Assembly: GCF_009914755.1 (NCBI RefSeq)
Contig: NC_060941.1
Direction: 5' to 3' (one strand)
From: the human T2T-CHM13v2.0 reference genome, Homo sapiens
DNA: 64,000 bases
The notes under the pieces are model-generated. The model saw only the letters and a program-made list of their open reading frames with translations. It was not told where the DNA came from and ran no database searches. How positions within the stretch are numbered: position 1 is the first letter of the stretch; each line of letters opens with the position of its first letter. Of the stretch, positions 13,816 through 28,811 are shown one piece after another. Both the position numbers and the translations under genes were made by a program.

Positions 13816-16149
13816 CAGGCATACCGCGGAGATACTCCAAGTTCAGTTCCTGACCACTGTAATAAAGTGTATACCATGATAAAGAGAGTCTCGCATATTT
13901 TTTTGGTTTCCCAGTGCATATAAAAAAGTCATGTTTACACTATACTATAGTCTATTACGTGTGCGATAGCATTATGTCTAAAAGAACAATGTATATACCT
14001 TAATTAAAACTTTCTTATTGCTAAGACATGCTAACAATCATCTGAGCCCCCAGAGAGTCCTAATCTTTTTATTGGTGGAGGGTCTTGCTTTTGATGCTGA
14101 TGGCTGCTGACTAATAAGGGTGGTGGTTGCTGAAGGCTGGGGTGGCTGTGGCAATTTCTTAAACAAGATAAAAATAAAGTTCACTGCACCAATTGACTTG
14201 CTTTCACGGAAGATTTCTCTGTAGCATGCGATGCTGTTTGATTTAACCACAGTAGAATTTCTTTGAAAATGGGAGTCTATCTTCTCAAATCCTGCCACTG
14301 CTTTATCAACTAAGTTGATATAATATTCTAAATCCTATGTTGTCATTTCAGCAATGTTCACAGCATCTTCACCAGGATTAGATTCCATCTCAAGAAAACA
14401 TTGTCTTTGCTCACCCATAAGAAGCAACTCTTCATTCAAGTTTGGTCATGAGGTTGCAGCAATTCGGTCGCATCTTTAGGCTCCATTTCCAATTCTAGTT
14501 CTCTTGCTATTCTACCACATCTGCAGTTACTTCCTCAAAGTCATTTGTGAAAGTTGGAATAACTTCTTCCAAACTCCTGTTAATGTTTATATTTTGACCT
14601 CCTCCCATGAATCAAAAATGTTCTTAATGGCTCTAAAATGGTGAAGCCTTTCCAGAAAGTTTTCAATTTACTTTGCCCAGTTCCATCAGAGGAATTACCA
14701 TCTATGGCAGCTACAGTCTTATGAAGTGTATTTTTGACATAAGAAGACTTGAAAGTTGAAATGACTCCTGGATTAATGAGCTGGAGAATGGATGCTGTGT
14801 TAGCAGGCAAGAAAACAACATTCATCTCCTTGTACATCTCCATCAGAGCTCTTGGGTGACCAGGTGCATGGTTAATCAGCAGTAATTTTTTTTAAAGGAA
14901 TCTTTTTTTTCTGGGCAGGAGGTCTCAATAGCAGACTTAAAATATTCAGGAAACCATGCTGTAAACCAAGCTGCAGTGCAGCCTTTCTTGTTCCACTGAA
15001 AAAGCACAGGCAGATTAGATTTAGCATCATTCTTTAGCATCCTAGGGTTTTTGGAATGGTTAATGAGCCCTGGCCTTAGTCACCAGCTGCACTTGCCTTG
15101 AACAAGAGAGTTAGCCTGTCCTTTGTAGTTTTAAAGCTTCTCTAGTAATAAAAGTCCTAGATGGCATCTTCTTCCAACAGAAGGCTGTTTCATCTACACA
15201 GAAAATCTGTCATTTAGTGTAGTCACCTTCATCAATGACCTTAGCTAGATCTTCTGGGTATCTTGCTGTAGCTTCAGCACTTGCTGCTTCACCTTGCATT
15301 TTTATGTTATGGAGATGGCTTCTTTCCTTAAACCTTATGAACAAACCTCTGCTAGCTTCAGACTTTTCTTCTGCAGCTTCCTCACCTCTCTCAGCCTTCA
15401 CAGAATTGAAGAAATTTATGGCCTTTGCTCTGAATCAGACTTTGGCTTAAGGAAAGGTTGTGGTTAGTTTGATCTTCTACTAGACTACTACAATTTTCTC
15501 CATATCACCACAAAGCTGCTTTGCTTTCTGCCATTCATGTGTTCACTGGAGTAGCACTTTTAATTTCCTTCAAGAACTTTTCCTTTGCATTCACAATGTG
15601 GCTATTTCGTACAAGAGGCCTAGCTTTGGGCCTGTCTCGGCTTTCAACATGCCTTCCTTACTGAACTTAGTAATTTCTAGCTTTTGGTTTAAAGTTAGAG
15701 ATGTGTGACTCTTCACTTGAACACTTAGAGGCCATTGTAGAATTATTAATTGACCTACATCAATATTGTTGTGTCTCAGGGAAGAGGGAAGCCCAAGGAG
15801 ATGGAGAGAGATGGGGGAATGGCCAGGAAGTGGAGCAGTTAGGATACACACAACACTTATTGTTTGTTGTCTCCCATGGGTGCAGTTTGTGGCACCCCAA
15901 AACAATGACAATAGTAACATCGAAGATCACTGATAACAGATCACCATAACAGATATAATAATGAAAAGGTCTGAAATATTGCAAGAATTACCAAAATGTG
16001 ACACAGAGACACAAAGTGAGCACAGCACATGCTGTTGGAAAAATGGTGCCAAAAGACTTGACACAGAGTTGCCACAAACCTTGAATTGTAAAAAACACAA
16101 TGTCTATGAGGTGCAATAAAATGAAGTGCAATAAAACAAGGTGTGTCTG
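13816..16149 (-). mobile_element. Near full-length Tigger1 DNA transposon with decayed pogo-like transposase
   Basis: TIRs CAGGCATACC / GGTGTGTCTG with TA TSDs. Minus-strand ORF fragments (e.g. [37 protein letters not shown]; [11 protein letters not shown]) match the Tigger1 transposase but are broken by stops and frameshifts. Confidence 0.93.
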
Positions 16150-16463
16150 TATATACAAGGCGCACGATATTTTTTTAGAATCTGCATAATTAGGCAAAAT
16201 ATATGACGGTTACCACAAGATCTGAGTTCTCTCCCCATATCTGCTATACCATTACAAAATATTTATGAGCTTGCTGCCACTAAAAATAAAATGACATGAG
16301 AATAAATGACACTATTTGTTATCAGAACCTTTTATGATTTATGAGGGAACATCATTCATTTATTCTGTGTATTTCCAGCACTTCCATCGAAACAAACATT
16401 GCACTAAAGCTTGCTCTCAAAAACCTCACAGTCTAGTTGGTGAGAAAGACAATTCATCTAAAT

Positions 16464-16757
16464 ACAGGTCCACAATGTTCTATCTGCAATCCTGAAATCC
16501 AAAAGTCCTCCGAAAAACACAAATTCTTTTTGAAAGTCTGCAGTTAACTTCTTTGGGAACAAAACCTGACTGATGTTGGGTGGGTACTTATAATCTCTAC
16601 TTGTCTCATTCACTGGGGACACTCACACATTTCACTGTTCCTGTATGTGTCTGAGTAGACTGTGCTGTCCCAGGACCCACTGCAGATACAGCACAAGCAC
16701 CACTTTCCTAGAACCTGCAGATTCGGACTGGGTGAGGGATTGTGGGTCAGCACTGTA
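16464..16757. mobile_element. Old TcMar-Tigger-like MITE
   Basis: TA|CAGGTCCACAAT start with a loosely complementary GGGATTGTGGGTCAG..CTG|TA end. Subfamily uncertain. Confidence 0.5.
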
Positions 16758-16968
16758 ATACAGCAAACACTTCATTAGAGGGATGAACGAGGTTGGCATG
16801 AGTTTCTCACTCTGATGCTTCGCAGAAAAGATGACCTTAAGTCAAAGGGAAAGGATACTTTACAAAGAACTCATGGGCATTTCCCATGGGGCATGGGATC
16901 ATAGAGAACATGGCATCTATGTTGAGCACTGGCAGCTGATGAGGGAGACTGGAGGGTGATGTCTAGAC

Positions 16969-18492
16969 AAGTGGTTCTCCAAGTATTGGGTTTCAGGATT
17001 CCTTTCCACTCTTACAAACTGACAACCCCAAAGAGGTTTTGTATATGTGGATTACATCTACTGAGTTTATCATATTACATATTAAAACTAAGAAATATTA
17101 AAACATTTTACTCATTAAAATAGTAATAAACTCATTATGTGTAAACATAAATATAATATTTTAATAGAAAAATAACTATTTTCCAAAGCAAAAAAAATTA
17201 GTGAGACAACTAGCTATGTTTCATTTTTTGCAAATCTTTTCAATGTCTGATTTGATAGAAGGCAGCTGATTCTCAAATATGCTTCTGCTTTCAATCTCTT
17301 GCAAGATGTTATTTTGATTGAAGAATAGGAAGAAAATCTAGTCTCACACAGATAAGAAGTTAGAAAAGGGAGGAGTATTTTAGCAGCCTTTTTAGATGAC
17401 TGTGGATATTTTTGTTAATATGCCAAAACTTGACAAGTGGTAGCTTCTTAAAAGTTAGTTACAATGTGGAATCTGAAACTCTATCAGTGAGCTTTTCATA
17501 CTATTACACTAACATCCATTGGTCTCTTTTGTATTTTGAATGGATCTTTTACTCAGGCATGGTTTTGTAACATCAGGTGTTTGTCATTTGGAAAACATGG
17601 TTCTGTGAGTTATACAAATCTTCCAAATGTTGATACACTTCATTCTCTTCCTTCCCCTTTCTTCCCATTCACATCACTGATAATATCACTGATCTTATCA
17701 GAAAAGTCTGTAAGTATTGTGAGGCTGTCAGGCTCACAGTGGTGGTATTAGTTTTCCAAAATTCTAATTTTGGCTTGAAAGCTTAAATTTTATCATTAGC
17801 AACAATATAGTCAGTTGTTATCCTTGAAATGCCAGGCTTGTTTCATTTCATTCATTTTCAAGAAAACATCTGCCAAATACTCAATTGTGAATAAGCATAG
17901 CTTGCCTGTCAATCGTTCTTTCAGAGTGACTAGAGTTCAGCTCATACTCATACAGACACAGAACTACTTTTCTCTAAGACAGCCATCCTACTTCAGTATG
18001 CAGCAGAAGTGCTTCATGTGTACTTCCTACTAATGTTAAAAGAGATGTATCCTCGAGGTTTGAGATTTAACAAAATCAATACAGACGCTCTTCAACTAAG
18101 ATGGTGTTAAGTCTCAATAAACCCAATGTAAGTAGAAAATATCGTTAAGGTGAAAACTATCTCAACTATCGTAAAGTTGAGAAATTGTAAGTTGAGCCAC
18201 TGTAAATCAGGGACCATCTGTATATTTTATTGCTTTTTATTTTTAACCATAAGTACATGGTAGTGAAGAAAATAATGACTAGTCATATGGTTTCATGTTA
18301 AAGCCTTGTTTTGTGTGAAGCCACCAGCAGTTTTACCCACCACTGCTTCTATATCATCTATGCAAGTATCAATATAGTAAAAATGGAAAGTGATATCTTT
18401 GTGTTATTATGAAAATAGTTTGACCTTGTGGGGCCATTGTAAAGGTCTCAGGGACTCATCGGAGTCTGCAGAGAATACCTTAAGAGCTGCTG
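16969..18492 (-). mobile_element. Charlie1a-like hAT DNA transposon
   Basis: AGTGGTTCTC left TIR; right end TTATGAAAATAGTTTGACC...GAGCTGCTG resembles the reverse of the Charlie1 5' end. Confidence 0.8.
18082..18220. mobile_element. MER47/Tigger5-like MITE nested in Charlie1a
   Basis: TA|CAGACGCTCTTCAACT...GGGACCATCTG|TA. Confidence 0.75.
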
Positions 18493-21454
18493 GTTTAGAT
18501 CATAAAGTGTTTTGTATGCCATATTGACAAGTATAGGTTTTATCCTGTAGGTAATGGAAAGCCATTGATGAATTTTAAGAAAAAACAACATGCCCATATT
18601 TGCGTTTTAGAAAAGTTACCTTATCAGTAGTGTGAGGCATAGATTTGAGAGGGTCGAGTTATTGGCAGTGATTCTAGATAAGGGTGATTGTGCTAGGCAA
18701 GGTCAAAGATGATGATGATCTGACTTAGAAGGTAGGATCTAGTGATTGGGGAATGGGGTATGAGTTTGGAGATATTTAGGAGTTTTCTCTAGAACTGACC
18801 TATGAGAGGTAAGGGAAGGAAAGAATTAATTCAGGGGGATTTCTAGGGAATCTGACTTCCGTGAGTAGGTGGATGACGGTGGTACTTTAATTCAGATAAC
18901 CAATACAAGAAGAAGAGCAGGCTGGGGCTGGGAGAAGAGCAAGAGGAAGATTAATTCAGTTTATGACAGCTCTAGATTGTACAGTCTATGGTCCATCCAA
19001 ATGGAAATGCCCAGTAGTAGTCAGAAATGCGGATTGAGGGCTCAGGAGAAAAGTTTGAATGGTGATGAAAATTCAAAATTCATTTGTCTGGAAGTTAACA
19101 TGAAGGGATGAGATTGTCCAGGGACAATCCAGTGTATATAGAGAAAACAAAATAGGCCCTAACTAATACCATTATTTCAGTGCAAAAAAGAGGAGATGGG
19201 AACAAGAATGGGAAAGAGGGGTTCCGAAAGGTAGATGCCCCAGGAAAGTGCTGCCATAGAGCTAAGGAAGTTTTTAGAGGCTAGTCATGTGCAGATTAGA
19301 TCGTTGTTCACAGATGTTCACGGTCTTCTAACTAGAGTTAGTATGTAATTTCCCTGCCTCATTGACGTGGACAGAAATGAGGCTGAGGATGCAGGGATTT
19401 CTTTCAACCCATCCTCTTGCACTTCTGTAATCTACCATTAACAGGATATTCCGGACAACTACTAGTCCAAGCTGACTGTACAGACATCTAGAGCTGGCCT
19501 GAATCTGATCTAAAGCCTGGAGTCAAACCCAGTCAGTCAATGCACATTCTGAATTTGAGCCACAACAGCGACCCGCAGACATGTTCCAAGAAAAATAAAT
19601 GTGAGTGAAAGTCACTGAGTCTCCAAAAGTGTTTGTTAGGCAGCATTATTGTGGTAATATCTGAGCAGCAGAAGATCCTTGTTAAATGTTATAAAGAAGT
19701 CAAATAGACTTCTCAAGATTAGATAGTAGATTGAATGTTCCTCTCCCAACACCAAATAAAATGAGTAAAGAAGAGTAAAAGCTAGCAAAAATGCACCAAC
19801 AGAACAATATCGGGTGGTAAGGTAGACATCATACAAAAAACCATCAAAAACCTGGGGTCAAGGAAAGAAATGTAATTCTGGAGCACAGTGAAGAGTTGCA
19901 CAGGGGCTCAACTTCAAAACTTGCCCATGCCCCTAGGATCATTATGTTGTTATGAGTCAAAATTCTGAGAATTTTCAATACTATCACCAAATCTGGAGAG
20001 AAGCAAATGGCATGGCAGCCTCATTTTTTCCTCTTCTGGCTGACAGTAGGGGAGACGGATGTGGTAGAAAAACAGATAAATATCAGGGCTGGCTACCTCT
20101 GAGGAAAGGACTTCAGAGATGTACACCAAATTGGGATCATTACAAACTCAAAGGAATAGAAGATGCCGCTTCCATGTAGGTAGTGTGAACCCTGAAACAC
20201 ACTTAACGTAATCTCAAAGTGAGAACAGTCAGTTCAGCCAGATGCATGCTGGCTTGTGCGCCAGCTCTGCCTTCCCCTTCCCTCAGGTCAGAGAACACAC
20301 AGAGACACTACAAGTCAGTTTCACTTACAAGGAGAACCACTATGCTTCAGAACCATTTGCTATTGAATACTGAACATGTAGACATATCTCAGTCGCTTAC
20401 TGAATTTATCCTGGTTAATCTACTAAACTTACATGAGAAAGAAAGACTTCTTCAGGAATGCCTCAGAAAATGCAAATCACTTCTAAGGAGGTGCATTCAG
20501 TCTATGTCTGTTGGTCTGCAGACAGAAAAGTCTGCGGGGTCATGTCTGCTGGTCTGTCTAGCCCAGGCTTCTCATAGCAACCTTAAATGCTCGATGAGCC
20601 GTGTTTACACATAGGAAGAAAATGTGAACAGAAACACCGCACCCATGTAACATGCCATTCAATCATACAGGTTAGCCAGAAGACATTCTTAAACATGAAA
20701 AAACTCAGGGAAGACAGCACCATCCAATCAATTAAGAAACAAATCAAAGTAAAAACTGTGGGAATGGCGCCACTATGGTAAAAGGCCTAGTATAAACACT
20801 GCATAGATTGAAATATAGCATGAGAATTAAACTATAGGATATGGTTTAAAAATTGTGAATATCATAAACCCGGACAGTGTGAAAATACTACTACTATCCA
20901 AGGTAGGAGGTGGCAGGGAAGGGTTACGGCAGAAAGTATAAGGGTGCAAAAGTACACATTTTTCAGCCAAAATCAACATGTTCTGTCCAAAAATTCAACA
21001 ATTCCTCTGTTTTACTCTAGTTTCTTTTGTCTGTTGAATTAAAGTAAAATTAAAGATTTTTCTAAAACAACAAAAAAAATCAATAGTATTCATTTCAAAA
21101 GCCTACTCGGCTTTCTGTTCTTTTTCCCTTATACATAGTAGGATATCAGAAATAATGTTTACCTTAATTCTATGGTGGTTATTTCTGGGTGATAGGATTT
21201 GGGGTGACTTTAAAAACTGTTACAGTTTTTTATTCTTGCATTTTAAATTATTTATAGATGAGCATATGACATTTCTACTACTTCAAAAACAAGAGAATAG
21301 ATTTTCTTTATAAAAAAACATGGATGCAAATATGCCGCAATGTTAATTAATGTTGATTACAGGTAGTAGGAATATAGATATTTTCCTCTTTGTACTATTT
21401 TGTATAGTTGAGGAATAAATGGGAGATAAAAACCGGACCTTTAGTATAGACTAC

Positions 21455-21916
21455 TGTGGTAGATTTAAAATGGCCTCAAATTCTATGCCATTCCTCCCAC
21501 TATTTCTCCTCTCCTAGATTGGCCACTATTTCTCCTCTCCTAGATTCTGGGCTGGCCCTATGACCTATCTTGATCAATCGAATGTGGTGGAAGTGACTTT
21601 GTGACTCTTCCTAGGGCAGGGCTTAATGGAAATACAGGTTCTGCTTTTACCCCTTTTAATTATTTCTCTTTGACATCAGCTACTAGGTGAAAAGTCTGAT
21701 TAATCTGTTAAAAAGGCCATATGGCATGGGCCTGAAACCAGCTCAGACATTCCAACCCCAGCCAAGCTTTCTGCTGAATGTAACCTCATGAGGCACCCCA
21801 GCCAATGCCACACATTGAGCAGATGAACCACCCAGCTGATCCCTGCCCAAATTTCTGATCCAAAGAATTATGGGCAGATAGATGTTGCTCTAAGCCATCA
21901 AGTTTTTGGAGTATAC
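21455..21916 (+). mobile_element. MLT1-type (MaLR) LTR
   Basis: TGTGGTAGATT..AAATGGCCTCAAATTC start; CCCAGCTGATCCCTGCCCAAATTTCTGA and TTGCTCTAAGCCA near the end. Confidence 0.7.
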
Positions 21917-22046
21917 AGTGGTGATAATTCTTTTGAAAGGTGTGACTTTGAACATAAGGAGTGAGCTAAGGCAGTAAATAAGTGATAAAGAAGATTTTTT
22001 TGCTCTTGATTTTTAAAAGATAGGGTGTTACAGCATAAAAGATCTA

Positions 22047-22382
<336 letters not shown>

Positions 22383-23589
22383 TTACACTAAAGGAATTCT
22401 GTTTTCTAAAAGACCTTACTTCATCTGTTGTTTCTTGGACAGTGAGGATCATGCCTGCTGTTAGTCTCACCTACCACTATTCCCATAATGTTCAATGGAT
22501 TTCTTCAGGCTGGTAGCTTTTCCCTTTTTACCAAACAATTTTTATTGCTTCTCTGTGCAAAAGTGCTATTATAGTTTAAATATAGATAAAATTAAAAAAT
22601 CATAAATTCTACCACTCAGAGATATCCATTAGTAAAATTTTGATATAACTGTAGTCTTTTTTTCTCTTGAGTTATACTTTTGTTTTGCAAAAATGAGCTC
22701 ATATCTATATGTTTTGGGATGTGCATTTTCACTGAAAAATATCATGTGAACATTTTCAATATCCTTATATATGCTCTCCAACGTCATTTCCTATAGTGCA
22801 CAGTTTTCAGTGTATTTGCTATAGTTAAAAATATAGAAAGGATATAGAGAATGCTGGTGTTGCAGGTACCTGTCACATAAGAGGAGCTAAATAAATAACT
22901 ATTGACTGAAAGGATGAAAGCTAGAACAAGCATCTTTTTGATTAGCTAAAGCTTAGTGCGATTATTAATTGCCACCTTTGGGCAAATTCTGAAAATGGTC
23001 AAAGGCTAGGTATATCTCTCAGGCAATTTAATAATGATAGGTATTGCCAAATTATCCTCAAGAAATGTTTTATCAAGTTATATTGCACCTGACTGGTGAC
23101 CCTTTAAGTGGGTTTCAGTATACCTCAAATTTTCTCTAGAATTACTTTAATGATTTATCTGAGGAAGCATTATTATAAGCTCTGACAGAATGAGTACTAG
23201 GTTTACTCTCTGTCTCCATTCTTGATCACCAGCTTGAAAGAGGTCAGTTCATCATCAACCCAGAAGTGGAGTGAAGTATGTCTCACAATTAGCATGCACG
23301 CTACTTTTATGGCATTATTGAATATATCTGCAGACAAATGTATTTGGTCCCAGAAAATCAAGCCTCATAGTGGCTGTGCCTCTCTCTGAGTATCAATATC
23401 TATTCATGTACCTAAATCTATGTGTACAAAACACTTAAATATAATCAGAATGTCCAAATCAAACACCTGTTGCAAAAATGTTATATCATTCATGCAGAGA
23501 GAAGAATAGAATGAGAATATCTATCTAGGTTCATTTTGGCACTTGGTCATTTGACTCATTTTCATGGACAGAATGTAGTACACTGGGGT

Positions 23590-23850
23590 ATGGTATAATA
23601 GTTAATAGTTGAGGCTCTCAAGTAAGACAGATTGTGGCTTGAAACTGCCTCTGCCAACTGTTCAGCAGGATGATCTTGGGCTAGTTATTTAACCTCATAG
23701 TCACAGTTTCCCCATCTGTAATATGGGGATGACAGAAATACCTTCCTCATGAAGATTACCATAAGGCTTAAATGAGATAATGGAACATGAGATGAATGAA
23801 AATGGCAGAGCCTGGAACATAGTACGTGATGAGTAAATATCAGCTGTTAT
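23590..23850 (+). mobile_element. MIR SINE
   Basis: ATCTTGGGCTAGTTATTTAACCTC..CAGTTTCCCCATCTGTAA..GGGGATG core. Confidence 0.7.
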
Positions 23851-25664
23851 TCACAGTATTTTTTGTGATACAGCCTTAAAAAAAGAGCCAAGGCAATAAA
23901 CACTAATGAATCAATTACCTTAGCAACTTTAATATAGGTTAGTAAAAAAGAAATGTCATTTACTTTATGTATAATCTAAGTGAGTGAATCAAAACTTAGC
24001 TATATCTTACCTATATTGTAATTTTAATATTTTTCAGGTAACATATGGTACATATAGTTTTTATATATATTATAAAACTGTAAGAATTAATAACTAAATT
24101 ATTATTAAATAATTTAAAAATTAAGTAATTTAAAAATTAAATAATTAAAACTGTAAGAATTAGTTTAAAATGAGCAACTGTACTAATTATAATTCTTTCA
24201 AGATTTTTTTAATCATCAAGAAACAATACCAGAACTATGCTGTCAGGAGTATATTCATATTTTCCATTTTTGCTTATATTTAGATTTGATTGCTCATTTA
24301 AAATTTGGATATTACCTACTACTTGGTATTTGGACATAAAGTGAAACAGAAATGCACTTAATATTTAAATTTTATAGAACTAAAACAATTTAAACAAAAT
24401 ATGCAATGCAGTTTATGTGAAGCAAAACAGTTATATAGATCAATGGAGGCACTTCCTGTGCATTTGTAAATGAAAAAAACTTGAAAGATGTTTTTAAACC
24501 ACCAGAATATGAAAAAAAAATCTCTCTTTTTTTTTTGGTCTTATAACACAGGTAGGGGAAATAAGCTTGCAGGTGGAAATACATAGGAAAAATGTCATTA
24601 AAAAAAAAAAAGTCCTCAATGGTAAAGTGAAGAGGCCGGATGTAATGGCCTTGAAGGTTTTATCCATCTGTTAAGGCTTTTTATTCTATCTAGTGTTGTC
24701 TCAGCTTAAAGGGAATATATAAAAAGCAACTGACATTAACACTAACTCTTCCCAACGTTACTCAGATTGCCTGCAACAGGCTATAGAAAAAGAAGATGCA
24801 GAGGTGAGGCAGGAAAGGGCAGCTGTAAAACCCCAATTTTTCTTTTATTGTTCTTTGCTTTGTATGATTACTCCACACGCTTTAAGTATTGTTATGTCAA
24901 ACTAAAGTCGCTGAAAAATAATCTTTTGCTGGGAATTCTTTAAAAATTTTTTGTTCTCTTTTAAACCTTATTTATAAAGGTTTCCAGATGCTTATCCTCA
25001 CACATTAAACCCAGTATGATGTAGACACATACAATAATATTCACTGCTATGAAGCCAAGAAAAAACTACTTGAAGATCTAACTGCCTATCACTGAAAGAA
25101 TCGGGGTCCAGAGAATTTTCTGGTGCTATTAAGGGTGTGATTCTCTGAAGTCATTTGGAAACAACCTAGTTTCTCAGCAGCAACACATCTATCCTGTACT
25201 GTGTCAAAGCACATCAAATGGTTGGCATTCCAAGCATCGAACAGGTTATTTCTCATTATGCGAATACATAATGAAAGGATGTGGGCAAAGAACAGAATGC
25301 AAATTGGAAGCTGACTTCTGACTTTAACAGCCAGCAGTGCTGGGCTCAAACAGTCATTCTAATTTCAAGAGACAATTCCAAAGTGGTTCTCAAGAGAAAG
25401 GACAGAGTATTTTTAAAATATTTGTTCAATGTGAATGGATTGGGCTTGCCAAAAATGACTTTTTATGCTGGCATGCGATCTCTTAGAGGGAAGTCAGCCT
25501 GAGTCACTGGATACATCAAAGGTAGAGTCCAGTGAATGGAATTACTGCAGGCTGTGTGAACAAGCCAGATACCCGCATTCATCTGCCCACTGCTGGGATT
25601 TCAGCCCTCCTTTTAATTACATTAAAGCAGCTGGTACCACTGGTTACTGAAGTCTTCAGATTAC

Positions 25665-25814
25665 CTTGATTGCTTGGTCATTATCTCTAATCAGCTGCTT
25701 CTTCTCATCTTCAAACTTTTGTCTAACATCCTGGAGCCGCCTTTCTGCAGCAAGCTGCTGCTGGCTGTTCTCTTCTTTCAGAGAGGAAATGGTTGTCTGA
25801 AGTTCTGCTATGAT
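25665..25814 (-). CDS. CEP112: Internal coding exon (150 nt, phase 0/0) of CEP112: IIAELQTTISSLKEENSQQQLAAERRLQDVRQKFEDEKKQLIRDNDQAIK
   Basis: Minus strand has acceptor ...TTTTCATTTTAG|ATC and donor ATCAAG|GTAATC, with 50 open codons of coiled-coil composition. Not in the supplied ORF track; translated by hand. Confidence 0.93.
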
Positions 25815-26344
25815 CTAAAATGAAAACAGCATGCTATAACTTCAAATTCTTCTGGGAGAGGCATCTATTTTATATGTATTGATGCTTAACAAAAGAATGG
25901 ATTTGACAAAACTCTATTCCACAAATTAAATATTTTCAATTAACATATCACACACTATAATGCATGAAATACCACACAATAAAAGACTTTAATAAAAATG
26001 TGAATGGTGAACAACTGCTGAACCAAATATACTTGGAAGACGTTTCCACTCTAACATTCCACAATATTTACTCATCAGAAGAAAGAACATCTGTGATCTC
26101 AAAAATATGAAAAGTGTCAGATTTTATTTTACTGAGAAATATACTTATTAGAATGAGAAAAGCTATTCTGCTTTTCATAATACTTTGAACTGTAATAACC
26201 AAAGAAAATAATGAACAGAGTTTATTCTTCAGTCACCTAATTCTATACAGTAATTTTTGGGAATTCACTAATGTTTGTGTATTGTGTTTAACACTTTAAG
26301 TTCTTATGTCATTTACTACTGTGAAACAGGTATTATTATTGCCT

Positions 26345-26672
<328 letters not shown>

Positions 26673-26802
26673 TAAATGAGGAAACAGAGGCACAGAAAGA
26701 GGACAAATACCTTACGTTGTTGAAAATGACATCCAACTAAAGAGACAGGCAGGATTTGAACCATGCAGTCAGACCAATCACTGCACTAATTGGGTCCTTT
26801 AA

Positions 26803-27149
<347 letters not shown>

Positions 27150-28534
27150 ACTCCGTTATGTTTCTTTAAAACAAGGTTTTGGCATTGCAGGGAAGTTTAT
27201 ACTTCCAAATAGGTTGTCCTCTTCCTAACTCATGGATAGTTATTTTGGTTTACATGGTGCCATTTTCATTCACTCCTGTAGTATTCCCTGCATTTAAGAA
27301 TCTGTTCTCTCCAGACAGCGTTCTTCTAACTTCTCAAATTAACCATCTGATGAGAAACTTTTATATTTAATTGGCCTTATGAGAGCACTGTCCTTCCTTT
27401 GGTTTGGATGTATCCATTTCCTTGCAAATTCAATAGTGATGACTTTTTAAAAGCAGGAAATAGTTGTTTCTTCTAATAAAAGAAACAACATTAGACCCAC
27501 GTTAGAATATAATTCTTTTGGTCCTAAGCAGAGGGGAGGGCAGTTGGTGAGAAACTCTGGACAAGTTATCTTTCTTGAAGCTCAGTTTTTCCAACTATTA
27601 TTTGGTGACAAAACAAGATTACAGCATTATAAGGCAATAAATAGAAACTGTCTGGAGTCCCCCAGAGGCCAAATGCTATAGAAATACTAGTTGTTACTAC
27701 TGACATAAATAATAGCATCTTGACAATAAAATATGGAGTATTTATGCTTTGAGAAGTGAGCAAATTCACTATACCAAAGTTTGACACTTGGAATTTGTCA
27801 ATAATCAAATATTTAGCCGATTGTGAAATGACAAAATATATAATAACAACATGTCAATATTATTACATGCAAACTTCAGCCTTCTGCTATGAGTGGAGGC
27901 ATTCATTTACTGAGAATGAAGATGTTTTCATCCATTTTCTGAATTTTGATTAAATATTGTTTCCATTCTGGCATCAATTCAATTAATTCTCATAGCACTT
28001 CTGTGAAACAGGAAAGGTTAAATTCTCATAGTAAATGTCAAAAATTGATGCAGAGAACAATCAACTCACAGTCACAGAGCCAGAGGAGCCAGGGATAAAA
28101 AAGAGTCAGATTTCCTTGGCCTAATATGAAAATTAAGATTGATCTTTTATGAGAACATGGGGCCAAATAGTAAAAAACAACTTACTATTTCAATGTTTTA
28201 AGCTGAGTAAACTATAACTTTGTAGAAGTGGGTTTAATTCTGGAGAGAGAAGGAGGGCAAGACAGAGAATGACAGAGAGAGGGTGCGTGTGTGTGTGTTT
28301 AGTTCTGCGCAGTTTAACACATGTATAGATTCATATATCCACAACTGCAGTCATGTGATATATTTTTAAAGTACAAAGTAATTTTTTCTTTAAAAAATAC
28401 TAAGATTGAGACTAGCTTGTAACTGACCAAAGAATAAAGATAAAAATATCCTGGGATACTTCAAACGGTCAAAGGCCATGGAACAGGGACATTTCTCATT
28501 TTCAGAACATTTAGGACAAAATAATTCAGGTTTT

Positions 28535-28811
<277 letters not shown>

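Noticed and set aside
13816-16149. Possible domesticated TIGD1-like transposase gene
   Set aside because: The reading frame is split into several short ORFs by stops and frameshifts; this is a decayed Tigger1 copy.
20219-20614. 131-aa GTG-start ORF
   Set aside because: No homology I recognise; lies in degraded repeat-like sequence and is likely chance.
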